Shown here piece after piece: positions 59,099 to 64,000 of a DNA stretch of 64,000 nucleotides. The stretch covers positions 690,629 through 754,628 of the forward strand of contig CAJINV010000004.1 in the NCBI GenBank assembly GCA_905178155.1, written 5' to 3'. The notes under the pieces are model-generated. The model made no database searches. It was not told the origin of the DNA and worked only from the letters and a program-made list of their open reading frames with translations. Source of the stretch: Amoebophrya sp. A120 (Eukaryota > Protista > Dinoflagellata). The position numbers and the translations under genes were made by a program. Each line of letters starts with the position of its first letter. Positions within the stretch are counted from its first letter, which is position 1.

Positions 59099-62000
59099 CT
59101 AAATGCTTTCCAAATACACGGTGTCCACGCCCGGCACTCCCCATTGCTTGCCAAGCTCTGGGCCGAATTGTTGGTACTCGCGGAAGGTGACAGAAGGTGG
59201 TCCACCGAGAAAGTCGAGGGCGGACGGGCTGCTGATAACACGGTAATTGGTTTCGAAGAACTCCTTGCGTTCCTTTCGCCCGTCCTTCCCATCGCCGAGG
59301 AATTCCGCAACTATGTGAATGAAGTCTTGGGACATGACGGGAGAAGGGAAACGTCGCGGCATAATTTCGCGCGCAACATAGGTGCTCAAATAGGCAAAGT
59401 TTTTTTGCGTACATTCGGGGGGCAGCTCTTGTTCGCTTCCCCCAGAGGAAGGAGCGTTACCCTCCGCCTTCGGCGGGTTACACTGAGGAGAGGTGCTACT
59501 GTCAGCAGGTGGAACAGCAAGACTCAGCTTGGTGTGATCTTCGTGGTCTTGAAGGATTTCAAAGTACTCTCCCGCCAGCGCTTTGATCCGTTCACTTTCT
59601 TCTGATGAACATTTGTTGGCAGAGCCAAACCGAGGATTTTTAGACTCCCGCGGCGCCAGGGCTTTGACGTTTGGTGCATTGGAATATCCTCTCGCGGCTT
59701 TCGACGGATTGGATGTCGCCGGCGCGTCGCCTCCCACGCCCATGTTTAAATCGCAAGTGATGTACAAAACCTTGGCAACCACAAAGTCGTCAAACAGTGA
59801 CTGCACCATCAGTAGCGGCGTCTGGATGCGCGCATCGTGGTTTTGCATTTCCATCCCTTTTACCCCCATGGTTGGTTTTGTATAAAATTGCGGAAAAAGG
59901 CAGACGTCTTTGTTTGTCGGGTACTTTTTCTGGCACATTTCGGGTAGAGACTCGAAGTTTGGGTCGGCCAGTTTGAAAACGCGCTTTAGCTGATTTCCGT
60001 AGTAGTTGGGCTCCAACCTATCGCTGTCGAGCATGTATTTTTTGCGTTGAGTGTCCTGGTCCATGACGTTTGTCGGCAGCACCAGTGGGAGGAGCTTCTC
60101 ATTGAAGACGCCTTTATTGAGGTAAAGGCCACCATTGGGAATGGCGTAGATCTCCATCTTGCTCTTCGGGTCGGGAGCACCCAAGACGAGCTCTCGGACT
60201 TTTTGCGCCATGGCATCAACGTGATAGTACAGAGTCGTGCCGCCGAAACCATGCCCATGAAAGACGATCTTGCTGTTGCCCTCCGCGTATCGTCGCTGGT
60301 TGTCCTCGCTTGACTTGATGACCTGTTTGACAATACTGTCCAGCAGATCGGGAAGAATTTTTTGATAGCCTTGAAAGGTGATTGTGTAATCCCCTTGGCC
60401 CGCGTTCTCTGCCATTGGCAGATTCTTTCCTTGCTTTTCATTGAGTAAGGCATGGAACTCGTTTTTCTCTTTGTTAATCATTTGGTTCAGCTGAGCCTGG
60501 CGGTCCGCGCTCTCACCTGGTGTTAGGGCGGGGTTTACGTTATCAGCCGCGATCACTAGTCGCTCGTCGAGCTTAAAAGTTGCGGGCCCCCGATTGCCAC
60601 TGAACGCCGCCCCGTCGCATGGTTTAACATTAATGTAAACGTAGTCCTTCGCCAGATCCACCATGTCGGGGCGCCGGCGAATATTTTCGTAACGGAACGT
60701 ACTCTCCCCGCCATTGGGGCCCAAGGCGTAAAAAGCACACTGAAGCAATGTGTCACCAAGGTGCACTGTTGGCCCATCCATTCCACATACGCCGTCTCCT
60801 TCGAAGTCGATGAAAACACCCTTCTTGGTCTTCGCCTCCCACACAGCCGCATCCGTGTGGCCTTGTGTCTCCAAGTAATACGCAGCCGGCGTGCCATCGA
60901 GGCATTTCGTGCCTTCCAGCGGCACTTTTTTCATGTTGAAGGGGCATCGCATTTCGAGCTCGGTGAGGACACTTCGCACACTGATGTCGCTTGCAATGTT
61001 TGCGGTGACGGCGTTCCCATTCCCGGGAAGCACATTGCTGGGGTTTTGCAACTCGGCGTAGCACTCTTGGGCCAGCCCTCTCCTGTGTTGGCTCGGCAAT
61101 CGTTGGACGGGATCGAATTTCGCCGCGACATGCCTCTTGTCCCTCTGGTAGCCCAGAACCGAATTGACAAACATGCGACACTTCGTTACATACCTAGTTG
61201 TGCCGTCCGCTGAGCGCACGCTGCCGTCAAACGGATTTTTCGCTTGATTTTCGCTTCCTTTGCCTTGAAAACAGAACTGGTCACCGAAGTCGAAAAAGTC
61301 TCCTGCTTTGTCGACGCGGAGAAAGTCTCTCGCAATCCCTGTCAGTTCGTGCGCCCTGATCTTTTGCTCCTTGCGAATTGTCTGCATTTCGCTAAGCCAG
61401 CCTGCGTCGTCCTCGCATGATAGCCAGTCGCCGCTGCTTGTCAGAGAAAAGTCGCCCCCGTTCAGGGGAGTCAAAGCCCCTACTTTGCCTGTTTCTTTAC
61501 CAAGTGCAATCTTCCGATAGAATTGAGAAACATGGGATGTTCGTTGGTTGTCCGACGGACGGAATTGAATTAAATCATACTCACACGAACCGCCATTGTT
61601 GATGCGGCAGCTCATGTCGTGGCTCTTCCAATATTCGTAGCTTTCGTATCCATTGCCCTTCATGTAGTGTAGTTCGGGGTTGCTACGGTGCACACTTGCG
61701 CCGCCCTCTTGCCAAACCTCTTCGATGACAGCTTCGATGCGAGAATTCGCGTTGCGGTTGCCCTCCCCGCCGCCCGCGTCGTTTGTAATTTTATAGTGGC
61801 ATCGCCAGCGGTCGGGCACCACTAGGTGCATTTCTCCGATTGTCGTTGCACTCAGAAGACGATTCATTTTGTAGGCATCGATCATGGATTTCAGCGTCGT
61901 CGCATGAACATTTTTCAATACCATGGGTGTTAAATCCACATCAGTGCCCGGCATCACGAAGTGCGACAAAGCTGGAGGCTGAACTGCCTGTACCCCCACC

Positions 62001-64000
62001 TGGCTTCCCGATTCCTGGTTCAGGTTTTTGAAATGCATGTGGTCGGCAGCCGCTAGCCGTAACCACGCAGAACACTGCGCCTGTTGGGGACGTAATTCAC
62101 CTCCTTCTTCCGGCGTGGTGCGCCGCCCCGCCGTCGTTGCACGCACATGTTGCCGCAGGTGTACCGCAAGCGGATCGGACTCGTCCTTCCTACTGGCCGC
62201 CTCGCACACAGGCTGGAATTCAACTCCCTCTGCTGCTTCCAGAGCAGTTCTCGTTTTCCGAATTTCTGGTGGTGCCTGCGTACCCTCGGGAAGGTTGATC
62301 TCCCTCTGCCGTTCGAGCTCGACCAGTTGGTGCTGCAGTTGAGACCACTTAAGCACATGCTTGTAGATTTGGTGGCCAGAGTCAACCAGGATTCCGAAGA
62401 TTCTAGGCTTTTTACGCTCTCGCCCGATTCTCGCCAGTTCCTGTTGCTGCTGATCTGCAGTTTCACACGGAAACCAGACTCCGTCGCTCGCTATTGAGAG
62501 GAAAAATCCCCCCTCCCCATATTCTTGACGAAAAGCTACATATGCTTCCGAAAATTTCTTGCGCTGCTGACCATTTGCGGCGACGGAGCGGAGTGGGTGT
62601 GCCAGAAGACAAGCGCACGCCCAGAGGCTTCTGCTGGCCCATTGCCACTATACAAATGCCTTCGCATGCTGCTGGGGCCCCGGGGGCAGCCGTTTGCAGC
62701 AATGCTATTGAACAACTAGACCCAAGCGCCCCTAGTGCCTCGGCTGAGGGTCTGGTGGCAGTAGTGCCTTACTGCAAAACAAAGCGCATCTATGTACGCA
62801 GATCCAGCATCAGAAACTTCGTTTGGATATGGGGAGGGAAGATTTTTCCTTTCGATACTCGTCACAGGTTGCTTTTTGACGGCATCCCCGCCGAGTTGCT
62901 TGGGCGTTTTGCCTTCTTCCACGCCGTTGTACACGCCCGACATGAAGTCATCAATCGACTTCTTCCCCGCCCCGCCGTCGTCCCCAGGTCCCCCGGAAGA
63001 TCCGGAACTGATTGACTTCACGGCGAATTTTGCGCCGCACTTGGCATCCGGGTTCAGCTTCGGATCGCCGTCGCACTGTTTGGCCATATTGGTCTTGAAC
63101 TCGTTGTAAGCCTGGAGCCCCCACCCCTTTTTCAACGTTATTCCGTCTTCCTCCGATAAGTTGGGGTTTGCGGCATGGACGGCCTGGCCACCCGCTTTCC
63201 ACTGTTCCCAGTTGAGACCTCTATGAATTGCGCACATTATGTCTAGGTCTGGTGCGGGATTTGAATGTGTGAAGATGCTGATCTCGAAACGGAAGCAGCA
63301 GAGATCTATAAATTTCTTCTATAGGTGATCTGCTGCATTAATGCACCAACAGGATTCGGAGTGGCGCGCAGCTTCTCTGTCGTGCTAGGAGTCCTTTCGT
63401 ATTTCTAATACCACGTACTAAATACTTACGAACGAATAATTCGTCCACCCCACACACCAGGTTCTTTCACTCCAGGAAAATGACTTGTCACGCGTGTAAC
63501 AAGTACTGTATCGAGGAAAGAATAACGACTCATTATATAAAAACATCGATCAATAATCGGCACCAAAAGCAGGCAAATTGTAGCGATCAACAGCTGCAAC
63601 ATGATTTTTGCACCAGACCGAGACAATTTTTTTTCGAGTCGATAGGCTTCGATGTGATGCAGCTTCCCGCTGTTCTCGTCAAGAACAAGCTTGAAGAAGC
63701 ATTGCCACTTTTCCGGCTGAACGAGATCCATTTCCGTGGGTGTGACCGAACTCAAAAACCGGTTGTCTTGGTATGCATTGCAAATTTGTCTGGGTCTGGA
63801 AACTTGTAAAAGTTCTAGATTGTCTTTGTCGTGATTGTGAAAAATGAACGCTCTGTAAAAATGCACAGTAAACAAGTATGAGAAATATTTACGCAGCTAC
63901 GGCGTGTTCGCTTTCGCATGACAAGACACGCTTCTTCATGACAAGCTCTACAGCGACAGCCATGTCAGATCAGCATGACAAAAACAAACTTAGCAATCTT
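59099..64000 (-). CDS. Pectin acetylesterase/Notum-family domain protein with a long N-terminal extension; 5' end outside the window; probable pseudoenzyme
   Basis: CLDGTPAAYY, FIDFEGDGVC, YVYINVKPCDGAAFSG, IVFHGHGFGG, CLFPQ and TPLLMVQSLFD match the family motif order. Upstream exons join in frame after removing 62492-62857 and 63222-63644. Confidence 0.85.
62492..62857. mobile_element. TIR introner (366 bp)
   Basis: TATTGAGAGGAAAAATCCCCCCTCCCCATAT / ATATGGGGAGGGAAGATTTTTCCTTTCGATA; flanks ctcgc/ctcgt; restores QPVTS-DGVWF. Confidence 0.9.
63222..63644. mobile_element. Family A-like introner (423 bp) with a decayed TSD
   Basis: TATGAA..TGTCTAGGTCTGGTGC / GCACCAGACCGAGACA..CGATA; removing the element plus 5 nt joins HHIE to GLNWEQW. 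Confidence 0.75.
63772..64000. mobile_element. Family A introner truncated by the window edge
   Basis: TATGCATTGCAAATTTGTCTGGGTCTGGAA at 63772. The window ends in GCAATCTT, the sequence that precedes the right TIR in copy 48807-49071. Confidence 0.85.

Overview
Eukaryotic, alveolate-like genomic DNA. Every supportable gene is on the minus strand: a CDPK, a vWA + DUF2135-like type-I membrane protein, two giant low-complexity hypothetical proteins, an LRR/DNAAF1-like protein, a very divergent Scc3/STAG-like cohesin subunit, and a 5'-truncated Notum/pectin-acetylesterase-like protein that looks catalytically dead. The dominant signal is at least 24 clear (about 28 including weaker cases) insertion elements interrupting coding exons. 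Nearly all start TA(T) and end (A)TA, carry terminal inverted repeats (TIRs) and are flanked by a 5-bp direct repeat (putative target-site duplication, TSD). In most cases, removing the element plus one repeat copy restores the reading frame and rebuilds split domain motifs, yet only 2-3 of them can be given GT-AG ends. They look like MITE-type introners forming non-canonical introns, in several families of about 150-460 bp plus foldback-like versions of 1.2-1.3 kb. The overall pattern resembles what is known for the parasitic dinoflagellate Amoebophrya; that assignment is an inference. All junctions were worked out by eye and have no transcript support.
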